Of a stretch of DNA of 64,000 nucleotides, positions 9,265 to 18,590 are shown one piece after another; position 1 is the first letter of the stretch; each line of letters opens with the position of its first letter. The translations under genes and the position numbers were made by a program. Location of the stretch: IMG/VR virus record IMGVR_UViG_3300022602_000001; one strand, given 5' to 3'. The DNA comes from a virus. The notes below the pieces were generated by a model. That model was not told the origin of the DNA, did not search any database, and saw nothing but the letters and a program-made list of their open reading frames with translations.

Positions 9265-10896
9265 ATGAGCACAACAACAAACGTTAGCGGGACAGAACTC
9301 AAGGAGAGGCTGCTTTCAGGAATCAACAAGCTGAACCATGCGGTGTCTTCCACTCTTGGGCCAGGGGGAAGAACAGTTCTCATCAGGGAGCAGAGCGGCG
9401 AGGTGAAAGTCACAAAGGACGGAGTCTCTGTTGCAAAGTCATTCCACAAGCTGGAGGACGACATAGAGGACCTTGGAGCAACGCTGGTGAAGCAGGTGAG
9501 CATAAAGTCTGCAACCGAAGCGGGCGACGGCACAACTACGTCCACTCTGCTGGCCACAAGGATTGTGGAAGAGGGACTGAAGAACATAAGACAGGGCACA
9601 AACGCAGTCGAGATAAAGATTGCAATTGACAAGGGCGTGGACGACGTCATAAAGCAGATAAGGAGCACTGCCAAGGAGGTGTCCTCCGAGGACCAAATAA
9701 AGCAAATAGCAACAATATCTGGCAACAACGACGAGGAGGTCGGAAGCCTGATAGCAGTCGCAATAGAGAAGGTGGGAAGAGAAGGAGTCGTGACGATAGA
9801 AGAGTCAAAGACCGGAGAGACCAGCCTAGAAATAGTGGAGGGAATGCAGTTCGACAGAGGGTACAAGTCCCCCTTCTTTGTAACAAACAACTCCAGCATG
9901 ACGGCCGGCCTGGAGAACCCATACGTACTGCTGTACGATGGAAGAATATCTACCGCAAAGGACGTCCTTGAGTCTCTAACAAAGGCAAACACTGACAACA
10001 GGCCTCTGCTGATAATTTCTGAGGACATCGGCGACGAGGCACTGGCCACGCTGATCGTGAACAAGATGAGAGGACTAGTTCAGGTGTGCGCCGTAAGGGC
10101 TCCAGACTTTGGGGACAGAAAGACCCTGATACTCGAGGACATAGCAGTTCTCACAGGGGGCCAAGTCATATCGAAGGACAAAGGCCACAAGCTTGACAAA
10201 CTCACTCCTCAACAGTTGAGTGGATTCTTGGGCTCGGCCCGCCTGGCAACCGTGTCAAAAGAGGAGACGACCATAGTAGACGGAAGGGGAGACGAGAGCA
10301 AGATTGCTGCCAGGGCCGAAGAGATAAAGGACCAGATCGACAAGGCCACCTCTTTCTACGAGAAGGAGAAGCTGCAGGAGAGGCTGGGCAAGCTCGTCGG
10401 CGGAGTGGCAATAATAAACGTTGGAGGAAACTCTGACATAGAGATAAGGGAGAAGAAAGACAGGGTGGAGGACGCTCTGTACGCAACAAAGGCCGCCCTT
10501 GCGGATGGAATAGTTCCCGGCGGAGGCGCAGCTCTCTACAGCGCGTGCAGTGCCATTGAGCCGAGCGACTCGGACAGCAGGAGCACTGCAATTGCAAAGG
10601 AGGTGCTAAAAAAAGCCCTGCAGTCTCCGTTCAAGACCATACTCTCTAACGCAGGCGTTGAGAACTGGTACGAGTTCGTTCCAAACGCGGAGGAGGGGAC
10701 AATATACAACGCAAAGAGCCACAGGATGGTGAATGCCCTTGAGGCTGGAATAATAGACCCTGCAAAGGTGGTGATCACGGCCCTGAAGAATGCTGCCTCT
10801 GTGGCAGGAACAATTTTGACGACAGAGTCTGTTGTCTACGAAAAAAAATCAAAGGACGAAAAGGAAGAGCCAAATCCAATGGCTGGACTGATGTAA
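9265..10896 (+). CDS. groEL: Chaperonin GroEL
   Basis: TLGPGGR, TKDGVSVAK, AGDGTTT, EGMQFDRGY, GIIDPAKV. Confidence 0.96.
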   Translation: MSTTTNVSGTELKERLLSGINKLNHAVSSTLGPGGRTVLIREQSGEVKVTKDGVSVAKSFHKLEDDIEDLGATLVKQVSIKSATEAGDGTTTSTLLATRIVEEGLKNIRQGTNAVEIKIAIDKGVDDVIKQIRSTAKEVSSEDQIKQIATISGNNDEEVGSLIAVAIEKVGREGVVTIEESKTGETSLEIVEGMQFDRGYKSPFFVTNNSSMTAGLENPYVLLYDGRISTAKDVLESLTKANTDNRPLLIISEDIGDEALATLIVNKMRGLVQVCAVRAPDFGDRKTLILEDIAVLTGGQVISKDKGHKLDKLTPQQLSGFLGSARLATVSKEETTIVDGRGDESKIAARAEEIKDQIDKATSFYEKEKLQERLGKLVGGVAIINVGGNSDIEIREKKDRVEDALYATKAALADGIVPGGGAALYSACSAIEPSDSDSRSTAIAKEVLKKALQSPFKTILSNAGVENWYEFVPNAEEGTIYNAKSHRMVNALEAGIIDPAKVVITALKNAASVAGTILTTESVVYEKKSKDEKEEPNPMAGLM

Positions 10897-10906
10897 AATT
10901 AAGATT

Positions 10907-11668
10907 ATGAAAAAATACAACACAACGGACCTGGATCCACAGACAACTTTTGAGCGACACGTGTTCCACAGGGACCAGTTTGCCCACTACCTGAGGTGGA
11001 CTCACATACTAAAAGAGGCCAACGAGGGGGACACAATTGTGGACTTTGGGTCAGGCAAGGGAGCGCTGCTGGAGGTTCTGTACAGAAACAGAACCAGGTG
11101 CAAGAGCTACACGGGCATAGACATAAGAAGCAAAACCATCGAGGCAGCCAGCAAAAAGTACGAAATGGTCGAGTGGGCAAAGTTCTATGCGGACGATTTG
11201 ATATACCCAAAGCTGAACTACGACGAATTTCAGGCGGACAGGGTGTGCTCGTTTGAGGTGGCCGAGCACGTGGGCAAGAACAACATACAGACGTTCCTAG
11301 CAAACTTCAAGCGCTGTGGCCATTCTGACGCAGTCTACTACCTCTCTACGCCCAACTTTGACTCGCAAGTGGGAGCTGCAGGCAACCACACCTACGACTC
11401 GGGAGACGGAAGAGGAGTTGCAGTGCAGGAGTTCGAGCACGAGGAGCTTGCAGCAGAGATCAGGTCGGCAGGGTTTGAGATCGTCAAAAAGTTCGGCACC
11501 TTTGCCAGCATAAAGGACTACAAGCACCTAATGAACGACTGGCAGACCAGCATGTTCAATGCTCTGAAGGAGTACTACGACGTAAATCTCATATCAAACA
11601 TAATGGCGCCAATGTTTCCGGAAAACTCAAGAAACACAATGTGGATTCTGAAGCAGGCAGGCAGCTAG
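10907..11668 (+). CDS. Class I SAM-dependent methyltransferase
   Basis: VDFGSGKG, YTGID, SFEVAEH, LSTPN. Confidence 0.85.
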   Translation: MKKYNTTDLDPQTTFERHVFHRDQFAHYLRWTHILKEANEGDTIVDFGSGKGALLEVLYRNRTRCKSYTGIDIRSKTIEAASKKYEMVEWAKFYADDLIYPKLNYDEFQADRVCSFEVAEHVGKNNIQTFLANFKRCGHSDAVYYLSTPNFDSQVGAAGNHTYDSGDGRGVAVQEFEHEELAAEIRSAGFEIVKKFGTFASIKDYKHLMNDWQTSMFNALKEYYDVNLISNIMAPMFPENSRNTMWILKQAGS

Positions 11669-11696
11669 TTCTTTTTGCAGTAAACGCTTTAATTAG

Positions 11697-11720
11697 GTCC
11701 CCCAGCAATGGGGGATTTTA
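11697..11720 (+). terminator. Intrinsic terminator-like hairpin
   Basis: GTCCCCCA-GCAA-TGGGGGAT followed by T-rich run. Confidence 0.7.
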
Positions 11721-11776
11721 TCTTTAACTGCAAAAATTAATTTTACAATACAAAACAATTTTCATACATTGTCCTT

Positions 11777-12073
11777 ATGAAAAAGGAAAATCACAAAAAC
11801 ATACTCGATCAGGCAAAGGACATCGTCTACGAGAGGAACGAAGAGGCCGAGAGAATGTACGGCCCGTTCGACCAGGGAATGGAAAGAGTGTCAAAGCTTG
11901 CAACCATCATGTGCTCAAAGGAGATAACCCCCAGCGACTGCTACAAGGTGCTGATAGCCCTTAAGCTGTCGAGGGAGTCCTACAACAGAAAGTACGACAA
12001 CCTCCTGGACGCAATCTCATACATGACCGGGCTGTACGAACACTACAAGGAGGAGTACGATGCAACACGATAA
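11777..12073 (+). CDS. Conserved phage protein (DUF6378-like, possible nucleotide pyrophosphohydrolase fold)
   Basis: IL.QA..IV..R....YG, LKLSR....K.DN.LDAISY pattern. Confidence 0.6.
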   Translation: MKKENHKNILDQAKDIVYERNEEAERMYGPFDQGMERVSKLATIMCSKEITPSDCYKVLIALKLSRESYNRKYDNLLDAISYMTGLYEHYKEEYDATR

Positions 12074-12326
12074 AATACAGTCGATCTCAGAGGAGATCCT
12101 AAAAATGGAAGCAATCGTTGAAAAGATGAAGGCTGACAGGATAGAAATCAACCACGCATACGGCACTTACTTTCATCTTCCAAAAATGGCAGGAGGCTAC
12201 GAGTGGGGAAGAAAGCATGGCAGCAAGTACATTCCATTCTACATCTCCTTTGAGGAAAAGCCCAGCTGGTTGAAGAGGACCATGGTGAAGTGGATTTTGG
12301 GCTTTGAATGGGTGGACAAAAAGTAA
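12060..12326 (+). CDS. Hypothetical protein
   Basis: ORF overlapping upstream gene. Confidence 0.55.
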   Translation: MQHDKIQSISEEILKMEAIVEKMKADRIEINHAYGTYFHLPKMAGGYEWGRKHGSKYIPFYISFEEKPSWLKRTMVKWILGFEWVDKK

Positions 12327-12342
12327 ACAAAACAAACAAAAT

Positions 12343-12639
12343 ATGTGCGTAGTATCAATGATCGGCGACCACTACCGTGACAAGTGGAGCGTGCCCCCTT
12401 ACCAAGGTTATTTGTCTCAGGCAGTTGAAGGAACCACAACCAACCTGTTTTCTTTAATAACGCGGCCAGAGTTCGAGTCTCTGAAAAAAGAGGTCAAAGA
12501 GATGAAGGCCCTTTTGATCAAGGCCAAGATCTACGACGAAAAGAACAACGAGCCCAACTGCGAAATGGAGGACAAGATCAGCACTCTAAAGAAGATGGCA
12601 GAGCTGATGGGCGTGAGCCTGGACGAAGTCTTTAAATAA
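12343..12639 (+). CDS. Hypothetical protein
   Basis: ATG at 12343 after A-rich leader. Confidence 0.6.
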   Translation: MCVVSMIGDHYRDKWSVPPYQGYLSQAVEGTTTNLFSLITRPEFESLKKEVKEMKALLIKAKIYDEKNNEPNCEMEDKISTLKKMAELMGVSLDEVFK

Positions 12640-12652
12640 AAAAACAAAACAT

Positions 12653-12793
12653 ATGAAAAAAATCTTATTGGTGCTATTGGCATCAACAGCAATTGTGAGC
12701 TGCTCAGTGCAGAGATACGGGTGCAACAATCCCACAGGACTGATTAAAAGAAACGGAGAGTACATTCATTTTAGAATAAGAGGAAAAAATTAA
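12653..12793 (+). CDS. Small putative lipoprotein (46 aa, not in ORF track)
   Basis: MKKILLVLLASTAIVSC signal peptide with lipobox-like Cys. Confidence 0.55.
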   Translation: MKKILLVLLASTAIVSCSVQRYGCNNPTGLIKRNGEYIHFRIRGKN

Positions 12794-12800
12794 ACAAACC

Positions 12801-13103
12801 ATGAACTTAACAAACGAATTTGACAGCATCAGGCAGTGGGCCCATGACAAGGGAATCCTCGAGAAGGGGGATCCAAAGACTCAGTACGCAAAGTTGATTG
12901 AGGAGGCAGGAGAGCTTGCCAAATCAATACTCGACGACGACGAAGAGGAGTTCATTGATGCCATAGGGGACTGCGTTGTGGTGCTCACAAACTTGGCCAA
13001 GCTCAAGGGCCACAACATCGAGGACTGCATAAATTCTGCCTACGGTGTAATTGCCAAGAGGACTGGAAAAATGATCAACGGTACCTTTGTAAAGGAGCAG
13101 TAA
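12801..13103 (+). CDS. MazG-like NTP pyrophosphohydrolase
   Basis: KLIEEAGEL...DAIGD. Confidence 0.85.
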   Translation: MNLTNEFDSIRQWAHDKGILEKGDPKTQYAKLIEEAGELAKSILDDDEEEFIDAIGDCVVVLTNLAKLKGHNIEDCINSAYGVIAKRTGKMINGTFVKEQ

Positions 13104-13114
13104 AAAAAATCAAC

Positions 13115-13618
13115 ATGCCAACACAGAAAGAGCTGGACACAGTTTACATAAACGTTGCAAAAGAAATATCTTCCCTTTCAAAGTGCAGAAGGGCAAAGGT
13201 CGGCGCCATAATTGTCAACAACGGCAACATAGTGAGCATGTCCTACAACGGCACAATTGCTGGAGAGGACAACTCCTGCGAGGACAAGCAGTACATGTCG
13301 GAGGACGCCGGTGGCTGGTTGGATCCAGAGATGGTTGACGAGATTTGGCCTTACGAGGACTCTGAGGGAAGGTACGCTCTTGTAACAAAGAAGGAGGTGA
13401 TCCATGCTGAGATGGGGGCAATACTGAAAGCTGCAAAGTCTGGATACCCAGTTGAAGGATCCACTCTGTACTTGACACTGTCTCCGTGCAAGGACTGCGC
13501 AAAGCTGATAATACAGTCGGGGGTGAACAGAGTGGTGTACTCTAAGGACTACAGGGACCTTTCTGCTGTTGAGTACTTAAAAAAATTCATACAAATAGAC
13601 AAGCATGATTTACAGTAA
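13115..13618 (+). CDS. dCMP deaminase
   Basis: SKC.R.KVGA, YNG, HAE, PCKDC. Confidence 0.9.
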   Translation: MPTQKELDTVYINVAKEISSLSKCRRAKVGAIIVNNGNIVSMSYNGTIAGEDNSCEDKQYMSEDAGGWLDPEMVDEIWPYEDSEGRYALVTKKEVIHAEMGAILKAAKSGYPVEGSTLYLTLSPCKDCAKLIIQSGVNRVVYSKDYRDLSAVEYLKKFIQIDKHDLQ

Positions 13619-14240
13619 TGCAACAAGCGCCTTTGAGTCTCTTTACGGGCGCATAATGTCTGACGGAGAGCTGTTTGCAGACACCAAGGCCCTGTTCAAC
13701 GAGTCATTTTCTCTGCTGAACCCAAAGGAGAGAATAATAATGACCCCACAAAGAAAGTTCAGCCAGGACTACGCAGAGTTAGAGTGGAAGTGGTACCTCT
13801 CTGGAGACAGGGATGCCACAGAAATTTCCGAAAGGGCAAAGATGTGGAAGAAGATGATGGTGCCTGGCACATCCAGCGTGGTCAGCAACTACGGCCATTT
13901 TTGGAACTATAACGACCAATTAAAAAGAGCAATAAATGAAATCAAAATCAACCCAGAGACCAGAAGGGCTATCGTCGTTCATTATCTACTACACGAACTG
14001 GATCTATATAAATACGATACACCTTGCAACCTGGCTCTTAACTTTTATGTGAGATCAGGACAATTGGACCTTACCGTCATGGCAAGATCGATTGACATTT
14101 GGTTTGGGTTCGGATGCGACCAGTACTGCTTCTCAAAGCTGATGGACATGGTGTCTGAGCAAACGGGACATCCAGTGGGACAGATGCATTGGCACGTGAC
14201 AAACCTGCACCTGTACCCCAGGCACTTTGGTCTACTGTAA
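13605..14240 (+). CDS. Short thymidylate-synthase-fold protein, dCMP-(hydroxy)methylase type
   Basis: TRRA, catalytic PC, RSIDIWFGFGCD with Asp at the specificity site, LHLY. Confidence 0.75.
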   Translation: MIYSNATSAFESLYGRIMSDGELFADTKALFNESFSLLNPKERIIMTPQRKFSQDYAELEWKWYLSGDRDATEISERAKMWKKMMVPGTSSVVSNYGHFWNYNDQLKRAINEIKINPETRRAIVVHYLLHELDLYKYDTPCNLALNFYVRSGQLDLTVMARSIDIWFGFGCDQYCFSKLMDMVSEQTGHPVGQMHWHVTNLHLYPRHFGLL

Positions 14241-14247
14241 AGATAAA

Positions 14248-14279
14248 TTTGCGGAAGTCTCACTAGTTTCCTATATTTG
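14248..14279 (+). promoter_or_regulatory. Bacteroidota primary-sigma promoter
   Basis: TTTG-N20-TATATTTG matches the -33/-7 (TTTG/TAnnTTTG) consensus; 14 nt upstream of ATG 14294. Confidence 0.75.
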
Positions 14280-14293
14280 TAAAAATAAAAGTT

Positions 14294-14752
14294 ATGAGAG
14301 CGTACTGCGACAGATCTTTCCTTGAGTCGAAACTTTCCTGCCTGGACAAAAAAACTTACAATCCCTACCAGTGGTGGAGGAGGTACGGGGCAAAGAAGGA
14401 GCTGAACAAAAAGACTCCTTTGTACGAAAAGATAAAGAACGGCGACTACGATCCGTCGAGCTACTTGTACCAGATGGAGCACGAGTTCTATTTGATGGAC
14501 GACAAGTTGTCCTCTCTGAAGGATCCCGAAAAGCTTCACGAGGCAAGGAGCCTATTTTTGGAGAGGGCCAGACGGCTCAACGAGGACTACCAAAAGAACG
14601 AGAAGGAGATCATGGACGGCCTGTGCACGGACTTCTGCAAAACTTTCAAAATGAGCAGGCAGGAGCTGACTGACATCATGGAGAGCTTTGACGGAACCCT
14701 GTTGGAGCTGTACGAGTTCGTAAAAAAATCGAAGAATGGAGACGTCGACTAA
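14294..14752 (+). CDS. Hypothetical protein
   Basis: ORF with promoter and AAAAGTTATG start. Confidence 0.7.
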   Translation: MRAYCDRSFLESKLSCLDKKTYNPYQWWRRYGAKKELNKKTPLYEKIKNGDYDPSSYLYQMEHEFYLMDDKLSSLKDPEKLHEARSLFLERARRLNEDYQKNEKEIMDGLCTDFCKTFKMSRQELTDIMESFDGTLLELYEFVKKSKNGDVD

Positions 14753-15035
14753 CAAGTACAGGCTGTACCTGTTCACCTATGGCATACTGTCTTTGCTGAA
14801 AGTTCTGGACCACTTTGTTTCAGAGGAAAAGTACGAGGAGTGCAAGAAGATAGTGGACGCAATAAAAGAGCAGAACAGCAGGCTTGGACTAGACCTGCCA
14901 ACAGCCCTGAACAAAGAAGTCTATGCCATGGTGATGGAAGAGTTCAACAGGACAGATCCGAAGGTGGACTTGGAGTGGCTGGAAAATTCAACTGATTATT
15001 ACAAAAAATTTAATATTAAAAGAAACAGACCATGA
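14736..15035 (+). CDS. Hypothetical protein
   Basis: Overlapping ORF; EEKYEEC UVR-like motif. Confidence 0.55.
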   Translation: METSTNKYRLYLFTYGILSLLKVLDHFVSEEKYEECKKIVDAIKEQNSRLGLDLPTALNKEVYAMVMEEFNRTDPKVDLEWLENSTDYYKKFNIKRNRP

Positions 15036-15619
15036 AGCACTACAATAAGCTGTGCATACCAACAGAATCATCTTGGAACAAGCGCACGTGGAGGAGATAC
15101 TCTCCCTACTGGATAATTAGCATTGTTGATGGCATTTCCAACCTCATCAGGTGGCTTCCAACCATCTGGAGGGACAGGGACTGGGACGACTTCTACATCA
15201 CAAAAATCCTGCAGAAAAAGATAGAGTTTCAGCGCGAGTATCTGGTTAAGCACAACAGGCACACTAGCACGGAGAGGGACAACAGGTACATGACGCTGGC
15301 GCTGAACCTGCTGGATAGGATCCACGAAGATTACTACTCGTTGGAGGCGTACGACTACCAAAAATTGGACATTGAGTTCGAGGATGCAGAGCATGGAACA
15401 AAGAGCTTGAAGATGGTGTCGGACGAAAAATTTAACCGGCTGGATGAGTACCTTGAAAAGTACAAGTCCTCAGTTCGTGCAGTAAAAAAAAGAAATCCAG
15501 AATTTGACCTATCCGACAAGCAGAGGCTGGCATTTTTTGTGTCGCACCACAACCAAAACAAGTGCGAGGACCTTCTTTACAGGATCCTGCGTGAGCACCT
15601 ATCGTCTTGGTGGGATTAA
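15032..15619 (+). CDS. Conserved phage hypothetical protein
   Basis: W.P.IW.DRDWD and terminal WWD pattern. Confidence 0.7.
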   Translation: MKHYNKLCIPTESSWNKRTWRRYSPYWIISIVDGISNLIRWLPTIWRDRDWDDFYITKILQKKIEFQREYLVKHNRHTSTERDNRYMTLALNLLDRIHEDYYSLEAYDYQKLDIEFEDAEHGTKSLKMVSDEKFNRLDEYLEKYKSSVRAVKKRNPEFDLSDKQRLAFFVSHHNQNKCEDLLYRILREHLSSWWD

Positions 15620-15640
15620 ACAAAAAAATTAAAACAGAGA

Positions 15641-15784
15641 ATGAAAAAGTACATCAATGCTGCGCTCAGCTTGGCCACCGTAGGAATGCTGTTCTACACA
15701 ATACACAATCAGAAACAGCAAATAAATTTCTACAGGAGCAAAATTGCAGCTGCAGACTCAACAAAAATAAACATCAAGCGATGA
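15641..15784 (+). CDS. Small membrane protein (47 aa, not in ORF track)
   Basis: MKKYINAALSLATVGMLFY..., ATGA overlap with next gene. Confidence 0.5.
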   Translation: MKKYINAALSLATVGMLFYTIHNQKQQINFYRSKIAAADSTKINIKR

Positions 15785-16257
15785 AAAAAATGATCCTCTG
15801 TCTTGCACTTTTGTCGTCTCCTGCCAGGAGTACCACCCAGTGCAGTTTTGTCGACACCTCAGAGCCAGTCAAGGCACAGGACACAATCACGGTCAAAAGT
15901 TTGAGGGCACTAGTGGATTCAACGCCGCTAAGATTCAAGAGCATTGTTGTTGCGCAGGCAGTCCTGGAGAGCGGTTGGTTCAAGTCAAAGAATTTTGTTC
16001 AAAACAACAACCTGTTTGGGATGAAGAGGGTTTCTCACAGGGGCACTCTGTCTGACACCTCAATAAACGGGTATGCCCACTACAGGGGATGGAGGGAGAG
16101 CGTGTTGGACTACTGCATGATGGTTCAGTCAAACAGGAGGATGTCAAAGATAATTACTGAGAGGGCCTACTACGACTACCTCGACAGGGTGTACTCTGGC
16201 ATGGGACTGAAGTACAGCACAGCAGTAAAAAAAATGATAAAAAAATATAAACTGTAA
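15781..16257 (+). CDS. Glucosaminidase-domain (GH73/FlgJ-like) cell-wall hydrolase with signal peptide
   Basis: AQAVLESGW, NNLFGMK, YAHY..W.ESV.DY. Confidence 0.8.
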   Translation: MKKMILCLALLSSPARSTTQCSFVDTSEPVKAQDTITVKSLRALVDSTPLRFKSIVVAQAVLESGWFKSKNFVQNNNLFGMKRVSHRGTLSDTSINGYAHYRGWRESVLDYCMMVQSNRRMSKIITERAYYDYLDRVYSGMGLKYSTAVKKMIKKYKL

Positions 16258-16443
16258 TTGATGAAAGAGGAAAAAAGGTTCAACTACGTGGTGGGCTTCT
16301 ACGCGGACAACGGAGCAGTGCTTCCTTACTCTTACGGATCTACTGTGTTTTTTGGCACGGATCAGGGAGCGGAGAGCATGAGAAAGTTCCTGTCCGAAAG
16401 AGCAAAAAAGGAGCTGAAAATCTTTAAACTAAAAGAGGCATGA
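16258..16443 (+). CDS. Hypothetical protein
   Basis: Packed ORF with ATGA overlap to thyA. Confidence 0.5.
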   Translation: MMKEEKRFNYVVGFYADNGAVLPYSYGSTVFFGTDQGAESMRKFLSERAKKELKIFKLKEA

Positions 16444-17567
16444 ACAGACTAGACCAGGACTACAAAAGTCTACTGAGCGACGTGCTTGTCAGTGGAACTG
16501 CAAAGGAGACCAGAAATGGCAAAGTTCTGAGCGTGTTTGGCAGGCAGATAAGGCACAGAATGAAGGATGGATTTCCAATTATAACAACAAGGAAAATTCA
16601 CTGGAATTCTGTTGTGGCTGAGCTGCTGTGGTTCTTGAGAGGGGACACAAACATAAAGTACCTCGTCGACAATGGGTGCAACATTTGGGTTGGAGATGCG
16701 TACAAGAAGTACGCAGACCACTGGGGAAGTCCAGTAGAGGACATAAATTTTGAACTGTACAGAGGGGAGTTCCACCACGAAAAAAGGCTGTTCACAAAGG
16801 AGGAGTTCTTGGAAATTGTGAAAGGAAAGGACTTTTTGTCCTCCAACAACTCTTGGTGGGGAGACATGGGACCAATATATGGAAAGCAGTGGAGGAGGTG
16901 GTTTTACGGAAACTGGTGGTACAACGGCACAAGGCCGATGCCGGAGTCGAAGAACATCGATCAGCTGGCCAATTTGATCACAGAGCTGAAGACGAATCCG
17001 GACAGCAGAAGGCTGGTGGTCTCGTCGTGGAACCCGGGAGAGCTGGACAGAATGGTTTTGCCTCCCTGCCACTACTCCTTTCAAGTCTACACTCGCAAGC
17101 TGAGCACGGATGAGAGAAAAAAAATCTACGAAGAATTGCACGTTGGTGGGCACGAGATTGAGTTTGACCACTGGCTGGAGGCAAAGTTAGCGACGCACAA
17201 CATTCCAACCAGGGCCGTGTCCCTCATGTACAACGCAAGAAGCCAAGACCTTCCGCTGGGCACTCCGTTCAACATTGCAAGCTACGGACTGCTGCTCAGC
17301 ATCATTGCAAAGATTGTCAACATGGTGCCAGACGAGCTCATTGCAAGCATGGGAGACTGCCACATTTACCAGAACCAAGTGGAAGCGGCCATAGAGCAGC
17401 TGGACAGAAGCCCGTATGACCTTCCCATCCTGATTCACAAAAAAGAAAACAGTTTTTACGAGTCAATTTTTGAGAACATGTCCCTGATTGAGAGCCTGAG
17501 TCCAAGCGACTTTCTGCTAGAGAACTACGAGAGCCACCCACCAATAAAAATTCCTCTATCAAACTGA
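16440..17567 (+). CDS. thyA: Thymidylate synthase
   Basis: ELLWFLRG, GPIYGKQWR, SRR, LPPCH, RSQD..LG.PFNIASY, GDCHIY. Confidence 0.95.
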   Translation: MNRLDQDYKSLLSDVLVSGTAKETRNGKVLSVFGRQIRHRMKDGFPIITTRKIHWNSVVAELLWFLRGDTNIKYLVDNGCNIWVGDAYKKYADHWGSPVEDINFELYRGEFHHEKRLFTKEEFLEIVKGKDFLSSNNSWWGDMGPIYGKQWRRWFYGNWWYNGTRPMPESKNIDQLANLITELKTNPDSRRLVVSSWNPGELDRMVLPPCHYSFQVYTRKLSTDERKKIYEELHVGGHEIEFDHWLEAKLATHNIPTRAVSLMYNARSQDLPLGTPFNIASYGLLLSIIAKIVNMVPDELIASMGDCHIYQNQVEAAIEQLDRSPYDLPILIHKKENSFYESIFENMSLIESLSPSDFLLENYESHPPIKIPLSN

Positions 17568-17593
17568 TTGTTAAATACAACATACTTATAACA

Positions 17594-18265
17594 ATGAAAA
17601 GAATACTAACACTGGTCTTGATGCTGTTCATCTGGTCCACGACCAGAGCACAGGACACAGTTCACATTGTGCACACAAACTACACTACAGTCTATTCAAA
17701 GTCTTTGAAGTATCCGCTGCTGGTGGAATGGTGGGACACAAGAGCAAAGGTGCAGTGCACAAATCCAGAGGCAAGAAAGGACCAGTTTGCTCCAGACCCT
17801 CAGGACGTAAACGACACAAAAATACAAGCAGACTACGATTCAGCAAACAAAGCGCACAAGAGGATGGGGCTGAAGGGGTTCGACAGAGGACACATGTGCC
17901 CTGCTGCTGACAACCTGTGCCAGACTCCAAAGGTTCAAACGGAGTGCTTCTACTTCTCAAACATGGCGCCGCAGTACCATGCACTGAACGCAGGCGACTG
18001 GAAGTCGCTGGAGACAGCTGAAAGGCAGTGGTCGATTCAGAACGACTCGGTCCACATTTGGTGCGGATCACTGGGAAGATCGGAGGTCTTTGGGCCCGAC
18101 AGCCTTGCAGTTCCCGTGAAGTGCTGGAAGGTGCTGTTCATAGTGAGGACCAATGAGTGGCTTGCATACTTGTTCAACAACCTGGACGAGAAGCAAACGG
18201 GAATAAACCCCCACAGAGTGGACGTCAAAGTCATCGTCCAGCTAACAGGATTCAAATTCAACTAA
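17594..18265 (+). CDS. DNA/RNA non-specific endonuclease with signal peptide
   Basis: DRGHMCPAAD, FYFSNMAPQ...LNAG.W..LE. Confidence 0.88.
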   Translation: MKRILTLVLMLFIWSTTRAQDTVHIVHTNYTTVYSKSLKYPLLVEWWDTRAKVQCTNPEARKDQFAPDPQDVNDTKIQADYDSANKAHKRMGLKGFDRGHMCPAADNLCQTPKVQTECFYFSNMAPQYHALNAGDWKSLETAERQWSIQNDSVHIWCGSLGRSEVFGPDSLAVPVKCWKVLFIVRTNEWLAYLFNNLDEKQTGINPHRVDVKVIVQLTGFKFN

Positions 18266-18278
18266 TAAACAAAATTTC

Positions 18279-18536
18279 ATGAGAACTGCGTACTATTTTT
18301 CCTCTAGGACTTGCATACCGTGCAAGACGTTCAAGCCCATATTCAAACAAGTCGCCTCTCAGGCGGGAATTACAGTCTCTGAGGTGGACGTTGACTCAAA
18401 CGGATCCATGGTTCAGCAACTTGGAATAAGCAAAGTTCCAACAATAGTCCTGACGGATGCGTTGACCAACAAAGAGCTGAAGAGGCACTCTGGAGCCATG
18501 AGCGCTCCAGCCCTTCTGCAGTTTTTAAAGTATTAG
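18279..18536 (+). CDS. Thioredoxin
   Basis: CIPC, VPT. Confidence 0.85.
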   Translation: MRTAYYFSSRTCIPCKTFKPIFKQVASQAGITVSEVDVDSNGSMVQQLGISKVPTIVLTDALTNKELKRHSGAMSAPALLQFLKY

Positions 18537-18590
18537 CAGGGTTGTTTTTTAGAGCTGTGCACATATTTATACTAAATTCACTGCACAGTC

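Noticed and set aside
16440-17567. Intron or intein in thyA (longer than usual)
   Set aside because: Extra segments are in frame at variable loops, with no intein termini or group I core
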